A model generated the notes under the pieces. It worked only from the letters and a program-made list of their open reading frames with translations, had not been told where the DNA came from and ran no database searches. A DNA stretch of 64,000 nt from a virus. Taxonomy: Duplodnaviria; Caudoviricetes. The stretch's first letter is position 1, and each line of letters starts with the position of its first letter. The position numbers and the translations under genes are program-made. The DNA lies in the IMG/VR virus record IMGVR_UViG_3300020049_010822, positions 35,852-99,851 of that record; one strand, written 5' to 3'. This document shows positions 11,184 to 24,547 of this stretch, piece by piece.

Positions 11184-14100
11184 ACTAATTGTATTAAACC
11201 TGCTTTTTGTAAATCGTTTATAAATTCTTCATTAGATAACAACTTACCTAATTCTTCTAGTGTTTCACTCCTTAATCCTTTTACAGCCTTGAAGCTAATA
11301 GGAGTTAAAAGATCCTGTCTGTTTTTAAAATCTAACATATTCTTTGAGAAAAGATCTATGATATGATTCTTAGCTGAAGATTCAGCAGCATCTGCAAGAG
11401 TGTTTAACTGTTCATTTAAAGCTTCTATTTGCTTTCTAATTTCCGTTTGTTTAGGTATAGAAAGTTTTAAAGCCGGATCGGAAACACTTAACTGATTAGT
11501 GAGAGTCTCTATCTTTTTAGAGACCTGATTCATTACCTTCTCTAAATACTGATGTAGATATAAACCATCAATAACTACCGCTCCATTCTCCCCAAAGCCA
11601 GGCATATTAGAACTAGTTAATACTAATCCATTATCATACTCATGGCTATCTAAATACGAAGATACTAAATCATTCAAGTCCATGTCTTTTCCTGCATGTT
11701 TTTCTTTACGTATTACAAAGAGTGAATCGACATCATACTTTATTGTTCATGTGGTTTCGTTAATCTCACACCGTTAATTACAGCTGCATTTTGCAATGCA
11801 GAACAGACTATATCTTCATCCTTGTCGGATGCTTCCCATTTCGAACCACTTGGCCCTACCGGACGTTTCCGCCCGTCTATATTATATGAAATCTTATACA
11901 TCATTTCTGGTATTTGTGATACATAAGGTTTAACTAAATCAATAAATTTAATAGCATTTGAAGTTCCGCAACAAAGTGAAAAGGTGCCTTTCCCTTCAGA
12001 AATAGCATAGAATTTAATATCCCATACTTCATTGAAATAATCTATAATAATTTGCAATTGTTCTTTTGGTAAACAAGTGGCAATTCTTACATAAATTCCA
12101 AAGTTGCCTCTGTGGTTTAAACAACCATCGTCCATAAACCAGATAGCCAGACCTTGTGCGTCTAATCTATTTAGCATTTTTCTATTTGCTATTACTTTTC
12201 GCGTACTCTTATAAAAGACCCTTCTTAATACTTTTATAAATGGATTTATATTTAATCGGGTATAATAATAGGTTTCTCCTATTTTATAACCTTTTGTACT
12301 AATATATGAATTTACTCCAGAATTTCTAATTCCGTTGTTATTCAGTAGATCAACTTTTCATTGTAAATATTCTTTTTGTTTTTCACAATGTGTCATTCTA
12401 TATCCATTCGTTGAACTGATAGAGCCGTCTCCTAAGAGCATAGCAATCATTAAATTTCTTGATTCTTTATTAAATTTTGTTTTCATATTTTTATCGTTAC
12501 ATTATAGAACAATATTCTAGATTAGTCGTTGAACCGTCCTCTAAAATTTAGAGGCTTGGCTGCTGATTACCCTCGTGGGGCTTCCCAGCAATTAAAGAAG
12601 TTTTAATCCGACAATGATATTTATCGGAACCGTGATAGTAAACCACAAGAGAAGGCGCAATAACTATGTTACCTTTAGATCCTTTAGGTACTGGGTAGAA
12701 ACCTACTACTTTTAATGGTAATAAAGAGTGATAGTTAGTAGAAGGTATACGGAAACCTACTAGTCCATTTTCAGAACCAAAGGTAAAGGCATCGCCTTCT
12801 TTCATAAACTCTCTATAAGTCTCTGGAAGTATAATCTCGCAGTAGCCATCTTTATCTCTAAACTCTAGCTTACGTTTCGTCCATCTTCCAGTACTTTCAT
12901 TATAAAGCTCTTGCAATCCCAAGTCTGCTTGTAACACTAACTTGGAACCTTGGAATTTAAATCCAGTAGTAGCCTTAGTCATGAAAGACGCAATTGTGCT
13001 CACAACCCGTTCTGAAATCAAAGGTAAGTTTAACGACGCTTTTTGTTTAGTTTCTGGATCTACTGCCTGCAACATCTCTAACACGTCTCTACCTCCTGGT
13101 AATCCTTCAAGAGAGCTGATAACCCTTTTAGTTAACATGGCTTTAGAAGCTGAAGAAGCTCCTCCTTTTCTTGTTAACCGTAAGGCTCTAGATACTCTGC
13201 GAAGTCCGTTTGTTATTAGGAACGAGTTTAGCTTATGTAGATCAAAAGACTCCGCGAAGTTAGCACCATTGGTATTCATAAACGCAGTTCCTTGTGAAGG
13301 ATTAGCTACATCTTTATCTGTATCAGCAGCAGGGTTTAATTGAAATCTAAGATTGCCGTTATTTATATTTAAGAATGTAGAATCGTTTACGGAGTCTAAA
13401 AGTAGATTGCCATCTTTTTGATTTAACTTGGCTAGTTTAGAAGGAAGACCAACTTTAACTGCCGACTTAAACACCATTTGATCCGCCTTAGCTTTTCTCA
13501 TAGTATCCCGGTAAGTACCTAAGTGTGGATATCTTTCAACAAGTTCGTCTGTTAGAACCTTTACAGAATATTTTACAGCCGTAGGTATACCATTCTCTAT
13601 AGAGAAATATACCGGCTTCATTACTATATCCGTAAGAGATTCTATACCGTAAGTTCTGGCTACCTTTTCATAAAATTCTGGTAACATAAAACCTTCAGCA
13701 TCTGAAGCGTCATAAGTATCACGATACGAATCAGCAAGTACTCCTTCCATATCCTGAGGTATATTTAACTGCAGGTCATCTACAACAAGTATTCTAGAAG
13801 TAAGAGGGATGCCGTAGACAGAATCTGTAAGAAGTGTATCCCCAGTAGCAGTGACAATTTGTATCCGTTTAGTTTGGTCCTCTTTGTTCTTGTAGAATGT
13901 TTCATCACCATATAACAATTGCGAAGCTGAATATTGATTTATAATAGAATTATAATAGAACATCTCTATTGCTGCCCCTATTATTTTATTACGTTTATCA
14001 ATTGCCTCTTGTTTTACTTCATCAGTAGCATCTTTAGCTGCAAGAGGAGTTACCACACCTAAATTAAAGTACTTGGCAGTTCTTTTTAAATCTGCTTCTG

Positions 14101-17100
14101 CTATTCTGATTTTAGCTGGTTTAGTTAAAGAGTGCTGTTGGAAATCTTTCGCTATTTCAGCTGCTTGTTTCTTCACATGCTCTCTCACTGCTTTCAAAGC
14201 TTGAGCTTCAGTCATAGAATCTACACTACCAGAAAGTCCCGCAAGTTTCCATTGTTTCCAATTAGGAACTCCATTTTTATCTTTAGCTAAATAAACTTTA
14301 GTGTTAGCTAAATCTGGATTATCTTTTGGGTCGGGTCTATTTTTCTGGGCTTTAATGATGCTAGCTAGAGCTTTTGAAATCTCTTGATCTTTTTCTGTCT
14401 GTCTTAAAGCTGTAACCTCTACTGCCTGTATTGTGGTACGATTAGAAGGTATGGGCAAGAACTGAAAATAGGAAGAACCAAAACCAACCTTAGTGAAGAA
14501 TCCAAATACTATATTACGTTTTCTAAAGTCTTTTAAGTTCTCTTTAGTTAGGTATTTAGCGTCTGAATCGTTACCCTTAGTTTTTAAACCATCGTGATCT
14601 ATAAATCCAGTAATGTTATTAATACCATTAAAGAATATGTTATCTTTTAAGAATCTATCATTAGAAGTTAATTTCTTTCTGTCTTTATTAAACTCGAAAG
14701 TAGAAAACTTTTTATGAGGTAGATTCTTACTAGTCTTATCTAAGGCCCTCATTATAGAGGTTAATAACTGTGACTGATAGGAACCATCTATCCAACCATA
14801 AGCTTTTTTACCATCCGCTCTAGTGTAAGAGTGAGTTTCAGATAATTGATAGTGGTTATTAAGAACATCTACTAGATTACGTAATAACTTAGTTTCTGAT
14901 TTTAATAGATTACTACCTCTTCTCTCATCATTGTATTCCTCTATACTCTGATTCTCTTTAACCCCGGCTTTATACTTTGCTTGCATTTCCTCTAAAGCGG
15001 GATGAAAGCCTTCAAACATAATGTCTAACTGAGCACTAGTAACTTCAGTAATTTTTCTCTTAATCCCTACTACATTAATAAAGTCTTTTAATGCTTCTCG
15101 TTTAGCTTCTACATCACTAGTAGACGCCTCACGTATTTTACGTAAAAGAGCGTCTGTAAATAGTGTATTACCTCCCAAGCTGTTTGTATACTTATCAAAC
15201 TTATTAGCTACGTAGCTTTCATGGATTTGTTTACCCCCACCTGTTTTAACTCGTATATACCTAGATTTGTACTCACCATAGCTGTACTCATCTATACCCA
15301 CATGAGGTAAATTCTCTCTTAAAGAAGATACCGCTGCAAGTAACGATCTGACAAAATCTAAATCTTCAAATAAGAAGTACGCTTTAGAGACACTAGTATA
15401 ATCTGTTTTAGTAACAGCAGCTATACTTTTTATTAAATCATCCATACTTCCCCCTTCTATTTGGTGAAGAGTTCTGTATTTAGTTGGGTTCAACTCAACG
15501 TCTCTAGTCGTTGCTTCTCCTACAGGAGAACCATCTGTAGATACTAAAGCATATAAACTTTTGTTTGAAGCGTCCTTTCTAAACGCAATGTCTTTACGTA
15601 ATGCGGGGTCATTAAATTGATTTTGTATTCTTCTTACAGTGGAGAGCATGAATCTTCCAGTTGCTGTCCTAATATTAGGAGATAACTTGGAAGACTTGGC
15701 TGAGAAAGAACTGAATGCTTGTTCCAGAGCGTCTAATGCTGTCTGCATAGAATCTACTGGAATAGAAGCCACTCTAGGGAGTATAATAGAGAAAGCCTCT
15801 CCTAATGCAGCATAATCTTCTTCTCCATCTTTTAAATACTTAATAGATATAAGACGTTGCTTAACATTACCAGTAAGTTTAATTGAAGGATCAGAGAGCT
15901 CTGTATCGAAGGTCTCAGCTGAAAGGGCTGACATCTCACTGTCCAGAGCTGCTAATTCTTTATCTAATTTTTCTCCAGCTTCAATTCTAGTATTTAATTC
16001 CTCTTGCTGTTCTAATAAAGCATCCAACTTTTGTTGTTGCCGTTCGTCGTATAGACGTCTAAGTGTATCTCTAGTTTGTGCTTGTCCAAAGAAAGTATCA
16101 ACAAAAGACTTGGATAACTTAACATTATCCAGAACCTTACTTAAAGCTCTCTTACGAAAAGCTAGTTGTTCTCCAGTATCTTCTGGAAAGAATTTCTCTG
16201 GAGTTCTACGCATCTCTGCAAGACGTTCAAAAGTAGCGGTTATAACTTCTGAAAAAGACATTACTTTACCATCTCGTCTAGAAAATTCGATATCAGTAAA
16301 GTTAGAGATGATAGCTGCCTTAACAAACTTGTATTCGGCTAAGTTATCAAAGTTAGCTGCTATGTTTATCTGAGCTCTTTCTACTTGTCCGTTCTGGATT
16401 TTTCTATTATAAACTCCACCTTGAATGGAACTAAAGAATTTTTCTAAAGAAGATAAGTTATTAAATGTAAACCCAAGTAGACGTAACAGCTTTTGCCAAA
16501 ACACTTGAAACACATTAGGCTTCTTTGTTATAGAGTAGGTCTCAAAATCAACAGCCAGTTTTTCTTCTAAAGCTACTTCATCTAAATTACCCCATTTCTC
16601 TTTAGCTAGAGATAATACTTGAACTTGTTCAGCAGGAGTTAAATATTCCCAGAAGATTTTGTGGAACATCTCGTGCCTAACTGTTCTAGATCCTATCTTA
16701 CCGTTAGTATTTAGTGCATAGTTTATGACCCCATTTTTATACAGACCCCAAAGTGTTTCTCCTCGGTTATTTACAAGCTCGCCGAATTTAAACATTCTAA
16801 ACACTTCAGAGCCACTTTTCTTTTTAAAGAAAGATTTAAAGAGTTGGAAAGTACTAGGAGGATTAATTCTAGTCATTAACTCTTCTACTTCTTGAGGTGA
16901 TAGATCTTCTCCAAGATCTTGGTCTACACCTTGGAATATTTGAGCTCTTTCAAATTCACCTGCCTCTACTACTTTCGCAGCAGCATCATAATAGTCTTCT
17001 TCCTCGGTAAGCTTTTGTAATTCTGCTTTGAAAGCTACGTTATCAGGATGTTCTAACAGAGCATTGAATTCTTCTTCGTTATCCGCAGATTCTAATAATC

Positions 17101-20100
17101 GTTTAGCGAAATCAAAAAGTGCTCCTTTAGGTGCTGGTATTGCTGGATCATCGGTATTCTTTAACAATTTCCTTACTTTAGAGGATAGGCTAACAATTTC
17201 AGCTAGTGTAGGAAATATATCCTCCATGATGTTTACTTCATGTACAGGATTTTGTGTCTTATAAGAATTATTTATGTCATTATAAGCTTGAACTACTTGG
17301 TTAAAACGTACCATTAATTCATCATCCGACATGCCTAAATCTTCCGCAATAAATTGTACTGTGTCTAAAAAGTCTTTTTCACTTCTATTTTTACCCGAAT
17401 AATAATCTAACCGAGCTAGATCGGAAACCATCATTAAATACTTAGGGGCACTAACCCCAAAGATTTTAACAAATACAGCTCCTCTGATGTAATCTCTAGA
17501 AGCCAAGATCCCAGCGCTTCTGCCTACACCCTCCACTTTAAGTGAGGTTACAAGCTCAGCTTCAAGTTGTTCACGAAGAGTTAAAGAACTTTCTCCTACA
17601 TCTTTCAGAGCTTGGTAAATATTCTTATTATTAGTAGTAACTTGAGCCTTCTTAGTATTTTGTCTATACGACATTACTGCACCTTCAAAAGTAGCTTCAT
17701 TCATGAATAACATAAATTCAGCAACTACTTCTAACGGATACTTAGTTCTTAGTGTCTTAGGTAAGACTTTAGTGTCTCTAACATCTCTAATTAGTTGTTG
17801 GAGTGGGGAAATCTTTTGAACTTCTACCTCTTGCGGAACATCAGGAGCTAGCATATCGGGAGAAGTTCCTACTACGATCTTAGTAGGTACTGCCTTTACG
17901 AAATTAGTTTGTAAGATATCTTTAACTCTTACTCCGCTAGTTGTAGATTCTGCTGAAGCATCAAACTCAGCTCCAAGTGGAGTTCTAATTCCAAATCCGT
18001 CAGAAAGATTGGAAAGTCTGCCAGAAGAGTCTAATCCATCTACAAGTAATCCTTGAAGATCTTTTGTAGTTATAGGATTTAAATGTACAATACTTTCTTC
18101 TCCTGCCTTGATAATCTCTTTTACAAACGTAGCTCTAGATGTGTTGCCCAAACCTCTTTTCTCTAAACTATCATTATAAACTTTAAGTCTATTGATAAGT
18201 TTATCTTTCATCTCCGCGTTATAAGCTAAGCCTTTTTTACGAACAAACTTAATAGGACCTAAAAGACTTACACCAGAAGAGTGTGTAACTGTTCTTTTCT
18301 CTGTAGATTTATAGTCAGATTTTCTATAATCTCTAAGTATTACATTAGTCCCGTCCGGAAGAGTGGTTATAAAGTTTTGCTTACCTATAGCATCAATAGC
18401 TTTTTGGGCAGCTCCTTTGTATTGTCTAACTTCTCCCTCTCCTACATCTCCGTGTACTAGAATATCCATTTCGTAAGCTAACTGCATCAATTCCTTAGGA
18501 ATTTTATCACTGCTTACTGGAGGAAAAACACCAATTAAATTCTCACTGTTAAACAACAGCACATCTTCTACCTTACCTCCTTGCGAAGCTCTGTAAGCTT
18601 TTGCTAAAGATATAACAAGAGAATGAAAAGGGTAATAAGATTCTCTACCTATAACAACAGGTTTACCATTTCTAAGCTCAGAAAGTTTTCCGGGTAATCC
18701 TGAAGTAGCTAATAAAGTCTCAAATCTCTTTAGCTTATCTAGAAAAGCGTATAATTGAGATAACTGAAAGTCCGGTCTGTCCGGGGTGTTTTTATTAAGA
18801 ATGGTAGGCACTAATCTAATAAACTGATTTTTCATAGGTTGTCCACTTCTTGTCTTCATATTATATATGATAAGATATGGAGGCCCTAATCTAGGTCTTT
18901 GTTTATCTGACTTAGCACTTGCAAACCACTGGCGTACTTGCTTTTTAGTTTTAAAGGATACAATCTTAGTGTGGTTGTCAAAGTTATTTATAATATCCGC
19001 ATAGTTTTCAATGTAATCCCCAGGATTTTCCCCGTAAAGAGTTTTGAAATATGTGGTTAGGATAGATAGCTTTTCTAACTTACCTTCTCCATCTACATCC
19101 GCTGTAAAATCATCAGTAGGTTGCGGAGAATAGATATATTTAATATCTGCTGTAGTTGGCTGTATAAATAATTTATACGAAGATTCAATTGTTTCATTAG
19201 GATTTATTAAACCTGAAAGTCCCGTTTCAGAATTTTGAAAGGTGTACCCTTTTAAAGTAGCTAAAGAAGGGATCTTTAAATTGGTTTCAAACTGCCCAAC
19301 TTCATCTTCACTAAGTATAGCAATCTTTCTAAAAGCAAACGGAGCACCATCCTCTAAGATGGGTTGTAATATTAAATATCTAGTAGCTGCAGATCCATCT
19401 CTTTTTGGAGTTACATCTTTTACAACTATAACTTCATCACCAGATTGAAGCGCTGGTAAATCTTCATCTAAATTAGAAGAGGCTAATACATTAGAATCTG
19501 GATTTCAAAGACTATGAGTGCCTTCTGGAACTAATATTTCTCCGCCTTCATCTACATCTTGTTCATTACCTTCATCAGCAGTTTCCTGCTCATCTTCTGT
19601 ATTGGTCTCTTCTTCCTCAAGCTCTTCTTCTACTGCTTCTATTTCCTCTTCTTCAGTAACAACATCCTCAGTAATCTTAGATAGGATATCTATTTGAGTA
19701 GTTAAAGTTTCTATAGCAGTAGTATTCTTGGTTTCCTTAGCAGCCATTACTTTCTCTAAAGTTTGAGGGATACCTCTGTCCTCTTTAAAGGTAGAATCTG
19801 GAATATTAGCTACATGTACAAAGGTAGTTGCTCGTGAAATAGCAGTATACATCCAGGCATTAAATACCTTGGACACACCTAAAGCCCCACCATCTGTCAC
19901 TTCTACATCTATGTATACTTCATCTCTAGTGATACCTTGAGCTTCTGGAACAGTTAGAATTTCGGCATGAGGGAATTGAGCTTGATACTTTTGTTTCTTT
20001 TCTTGTGATCCAACTAATATAGCTCGACTTCTAGAAGGATTAGATAATTCGCTACTTCTATAAACATTAGCTATGTTGTTTTCTTTCTCGGTAAAGCTAC

Positions 20101-23100
20101 CTATTATATTTGTTGTAGATATAATAGGATTAAGACTAGCCGCAGATTGAATATCTTCTACTTTATTAATTGATTTAAAAGCATTCTGAAGATCTACTAT
20201 CTCAGCTACATCTGAACGGTACGTTACAGAAAGAGGAGATATAGTTTGTATGTTCTCTATGAATGGAAGAGTAGCGTGGTCATTAGACATCCGTACTCCT
20301 TTCCTATACTCTAGTTTTGTAGCTTCAGATCCTTCCCAATAAGCCCTTTCAGATATTGCAGGTTCAGCACTAAAGTTATTATCTATAGGGGCTTCAGATA
20401 CATTCCCTGGTGTGATCTGATTTGGGTCATAAAGAAATATAAACTTAAGCCCAGCATCTGGATTCTCTCTGTTGTACTTGGCGAATGCTGCTGCAAATTT
20501 ATTGATAGGCTCATTTAAGAGAGCACCAACTTCATCTACAACAATAAGTTTTACTCCTTTAGCAAGACCGTTTGTGTTTAGGATATTTGTAAGTTCTTCT
20601 ACAGTGAAAGGACCTACTGGTGAGTCCAGAGACTCCTTGATATTCTTAGCTGCTAAAGGTTGCGGAGCTGCTGTTACAATCTCTTCTCCGGACAGTTTTA
20701 ATACATGCTTTAACAGTTTTGATACTACTAAAGATTTACCCGCTCCTGCAGGAGCTTTTAATGCAGCTCCATTTTGATATAATTCATTCTGTACTTTATT
20801 TGGAGCCATCGTAAAGAGAGCTAACTCTCTAACAACCCGAATTTGGGAAGTAGATGGTGTAGGTGCAGTAGGATTCTTTTTTAGATAATCTCTAACCGAA
20901 TTAAGGAACGACACATTATTGAAACCTGCAGCTTTAGTTTGTGCAATTTGTTCTAACGCTATCAGTTGTGTCTGAAGTAATAATAACTGTTGTAGTTGTT
21001 CTGCAGTTGTTACTCCTACGAAAGAATCTAAATTCCTTGTAAACCTTACGACATCATAATCTTTTACAAAGTTCTCAAGTGCTAATAAATTCTTTGAGTT
21101 AGCATCCGCAGTAGCAGATTCCTTTTTTAATATTAACTGAAACAATCCCCCAAAACCTCTGGTAGGATGTGTTAATATTATGTTAATATCTTCTGGAGTT
21201 AATTTATAATTAGCAGGACTGGTAGTTAAATCGAATACAGAAAGAGCGGCTAATTGTTCTTTAGCAGAAGTCATTACACGAATCTTTATCGCGTTATAGT
21301 CTTCCTCTGTTCCTTGTGCTATCAAATCTGCTGTAGCCATAGATCCTAACACTGGATCTAGTTCTATGAGCTTATTCAACTCTGCATTCTCTGGAGCTAA
21401 TGAATTAACACCAGCAGCATAGTGAAGATCTTCCAGCTTATTTTTTAGATCTTTGTTAGCTCTATTTTCCTTTGCTTTAACTAATATTTGTTTTAACGTT
21501 TGATGTAGTTTTTTAGCTTCTGTAAGAGCTGGTTTATAAGCTGCATCTTTCTTAGCTAAAGGTATTAACCCTTTATTAATTAAAATCTCTAATTTAGCTA
21601 TCTCAGTTTCAACGCCAATAACATTATCATACTCTGGAGAAATATTTTCCCCATCCCATTGTGAAGCGTTTAGAATCCTATTAGGTGCATTCAATAAACC
21701 TTCTACAGCTCTAACTTTAAATACCTTATCATTAGTATTTATTTCAGGGAAACCTTCTAGATCTTTTAGCTTCTGTAGCACGTTTACAGTATCAGTATCA
21801 AGATTACCTAAGGCATCTTTTATTGCTTTCAATCTTTCCCATTCGGCATAAGCAGCTTCTTGGTCAGCATCAAAAGCTTCATAGTACTCTAATTCTGATT
21901 CACTCCAACCTTCGGATTCAAACTGTGCAAGCAAAGCTCTATAAGGAGTATTAATTCCATCTAGATAAGATATTATAATATCTCTCAGCTTAGCTACTTC
22001 ATCTGGATAGAGTGTGTATTCGTTATCTAAAATTCTATTAGTTAATGTTCTAAGAGAGTCTGCAGATTCTGGAGTGTATCCAGTTTTGGTTAGATACTTA
22101 ATAAACAGATTTATAGCATCAGCAAAGAAAGCGGTTTTAGCTACTTTTACTTTATCTTGATGTTGTAGCAACTGCCCATTCTTGTCCGCATAAGTTTCTA
22201 GATCTGCTTCAGTAAATTTATCATTAAGAAATATTTCTCTAGACTTTTCTCTAGAGGTTTTACCGTAAGATAAAATACCTTTTGATACAGCTTCTTTATA
22301 CGCATTAAAACCTTTTTTAGGTTCCAGCATCTTAGTGTAAAGCCCGCCTAGTTCTTCTCTAGCCTGTACTAAATCTTTACGTTTTGTAGAGAGCTCCGCT
22401 ACTAATGTTTCTTCTACAGAATTTTCCTCTGTAGTCTTATAAGGAAATAGTGAATCTAGTTGATCCGTTTCTTGGAAAGCCGTTTGTATTGTACGAAGAC
22501 GCTCATAATTAGAACTATTAGTAATAACATTATTTATCTCTTTATCTACATCTTCTATTAAAGTATCTAAGTTAACTATTCTACCACCAACTTCAGCTGC
22601 AGTGTCTCTGAATCTTCTTAGAGCTTCATCTGTCTTTGGAGCAATAATAGCATTATTAGTAGATAGATAATTTGCTTCTAATCTTTCTATATGTTTTTTC
22701 CAACGTTCTACAGTAGTTTCTATTTCTTCTGGATTCTCAATGCCCGCAGCTTGTAACTTCTCTGGAGAGAGTTTCTTGTAAGAATCTAGCTTTTGAAGGA
22801 GAAGATCAGTAGAGCCATGCTTGAAAGCCTTTTGAGCTAAGTTGTTTAGTTTAGATAATTGAAATAAAGAAATCTTAAGATTATCCGATCTATCTTTAGA
22901 AGCTTCAGATTCAATGAAATTGTCAAACTCAGAATGCAGCTTAGCATCAGCTGCAAATTCTGTCGCTTTGGACTTATCGATTAGAGGAGCCCCATTCTCA
23001 TCTACTGGAAGTTCTCCGGGAACAGTATACTCCCCTTTCTCATTAGCATTATAAGTTTCTTTAATTCTTTGATAGGTTTCAGGATTAATTTCTTGTACAA

Positions 23101-24544
23101 TCTCTTCTGACTCATCAAAATATTTAGTAACTCCATCCTCTGTTTTTATAACTAACTTACCTTTCTTATCTTTAGTCTTAGACATTATACTAGAAGACAT
23201 AAAGTCAGTGTAGGACTTTTGAAGTTCGTTAGTAGCTAATTCCCTAGCTTCACGAATAGTTCTAGCCTCTCTTATGGCTCCGTGTCCTGCCGCAGCAGTA
23301 AGTGCCGTTTGTCCCGCACCTATTAAAGATCCTAAAGCGGTAGACTCTAAACGAGCATCATCTGAAAAGTCTAATCCGTGTAACAAGAAATCTTGCGCTA
23401 AATCTTTACCGCTTTCTAAGAAAGATCTGTGTAGATTAGAAGCATCGTTTACTTTTTGTATAGAGTATTGTAGATCCTCTTCAAAACCTTCTGATAAACC
23501 TTGTTCTAAGAACCTTTTAGTAAACATTCCTGCGGCATGCCCTTCATCAAATAAAAATTTATCGAATCCAGAAGCGTAGGTAGGTTTCTCCGCCATGTTC
23601 TCAATACCATTCATTATCTTCAAACCTTGTTTGTTAGTTCTAGTAGCTACAGACGAGGGAGCGTAGATGGGTTTAACAAGCTTGGTGAAGAATCCATTAG
23701 TTGCAGCACCAGTCAACATATTTAACCAAAACACATTAGTTAAAGAGTTCTCTGCAGCCTTTTCTATTTCTTGGTCAGACATGTTATTCTTGCCCTCCAT
23801 CCTATCCCTATGGAGTTTATCTGCAACAGTCTTCTTAGAGTCCATTGCCTCCATAGCAGCTTCATTAGTAGTCAAGAATACGTTAAGAGCAACCTCGTCA
23901 ATGTTACCTGCTATCTTAGCTAGATTAGGAGCAGCAAGCTCACTAAATACAGCTGTAAAATCTTTACCTTTAGCTAGCTGGTTTACTAATCTAGTACCCA
24001 TTTGAGCTTTACCTAGGAGACCTGCTAAGCCGAATGACTGTGCTAAGAATCCTATTGTCTCTACATTGGCTGTGGCGAGTTGCCCCGGAGCAGTGAACAG
24101 TTTTTGTGCAAAGCCCATATCTTGATACTTGGCTTCTTGAAAGTGTGGAAACACCTCATCTCCATAAGCATTAATGGATTCCGCCATGTTCATGAATGGA
24201 TTGTCATCGAAACCATCAGAGAAATTACCTCCAGTTAAAGCGGAGAAGGTTCCTTTACCTAATCCTGTGATTCCACCTACAATCGCTGGAACTCCGGATA
24301 CAGTCTTTACACCCACATCTCCAGCAAAGTTTCCGAACGCATCTAACCAGGATTGATTCTGATAACGAACATCGGTCTGATCTGCAAAGTCTTGAAGACC
24401 TTTATCATAGTATCCGGCTCCTGTTAGATTTCTTGCTACCCAACTACCTTTGGTACTGTCATAGTATCCTCCTCTTTCTGAGGTAACAGGATTTGTGTAT
24501 TGCCTATCTTTTAGGCCGCTGGATATTGTACTTAAATCTGGCAT
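11177..24544 (-). CDS. giant virion protein (~4160 aa): N-terminal cargo region + SF1 helicase + zincin-like motif + RNA polymerase N-terminal/catalytic part; join(24544..12623,11737..11177); TGA=Trp at 19505-19507
   Basis: Frame stays open for 215 codons from the TGA at 19505 to the track start at 18859; helicase motifs APAGAGKS, VVDEVG, YDPNQ, TVPEAQGIT, YTAISRA; RHEMFH; FRIPS...GSD|YDVD catalytic motif after splicing. Confidence 0.8.
11738..12622 (-). mobile_element. group I intron (885 nt) in the RNAP catalytic motif
   Basis: Exon ends ...TCCGAT and pairs with intron GTCGGA (P1, U-G at splice site); core words AATTGCTGGGAA, AATCAGCAGCCAAG, GTTCAACGACTA, AAGATATAGTCT; terminal G at 11738; P10 ATATCAT/ATGATGT; splicing restores GSDYDVDSLF. 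Confidence 0.92.
11740..12486 (-). CDS. intron-encoded LAGLIDADG homing endonuclease (248 aa), TGA=Trp at 12358-12360
   Basis: MIAMLLGDGSI...QKEYLQ[TGA]KV...GLAIWFMDDG: two LAGLIDADG-type motifs joined only by TGA readthrough. Confidence 0.88.
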
Positions 24545-24547
24545 ATT

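Noticed and set aside
11170-11190. Programmed frameshift or split intein joining the RNAP halves
   Set aside because: No clear slippery site and no intein motifs; the ATG overlapping the stop suggests translational coupling, though an assembly indel cannot be excluded without reads
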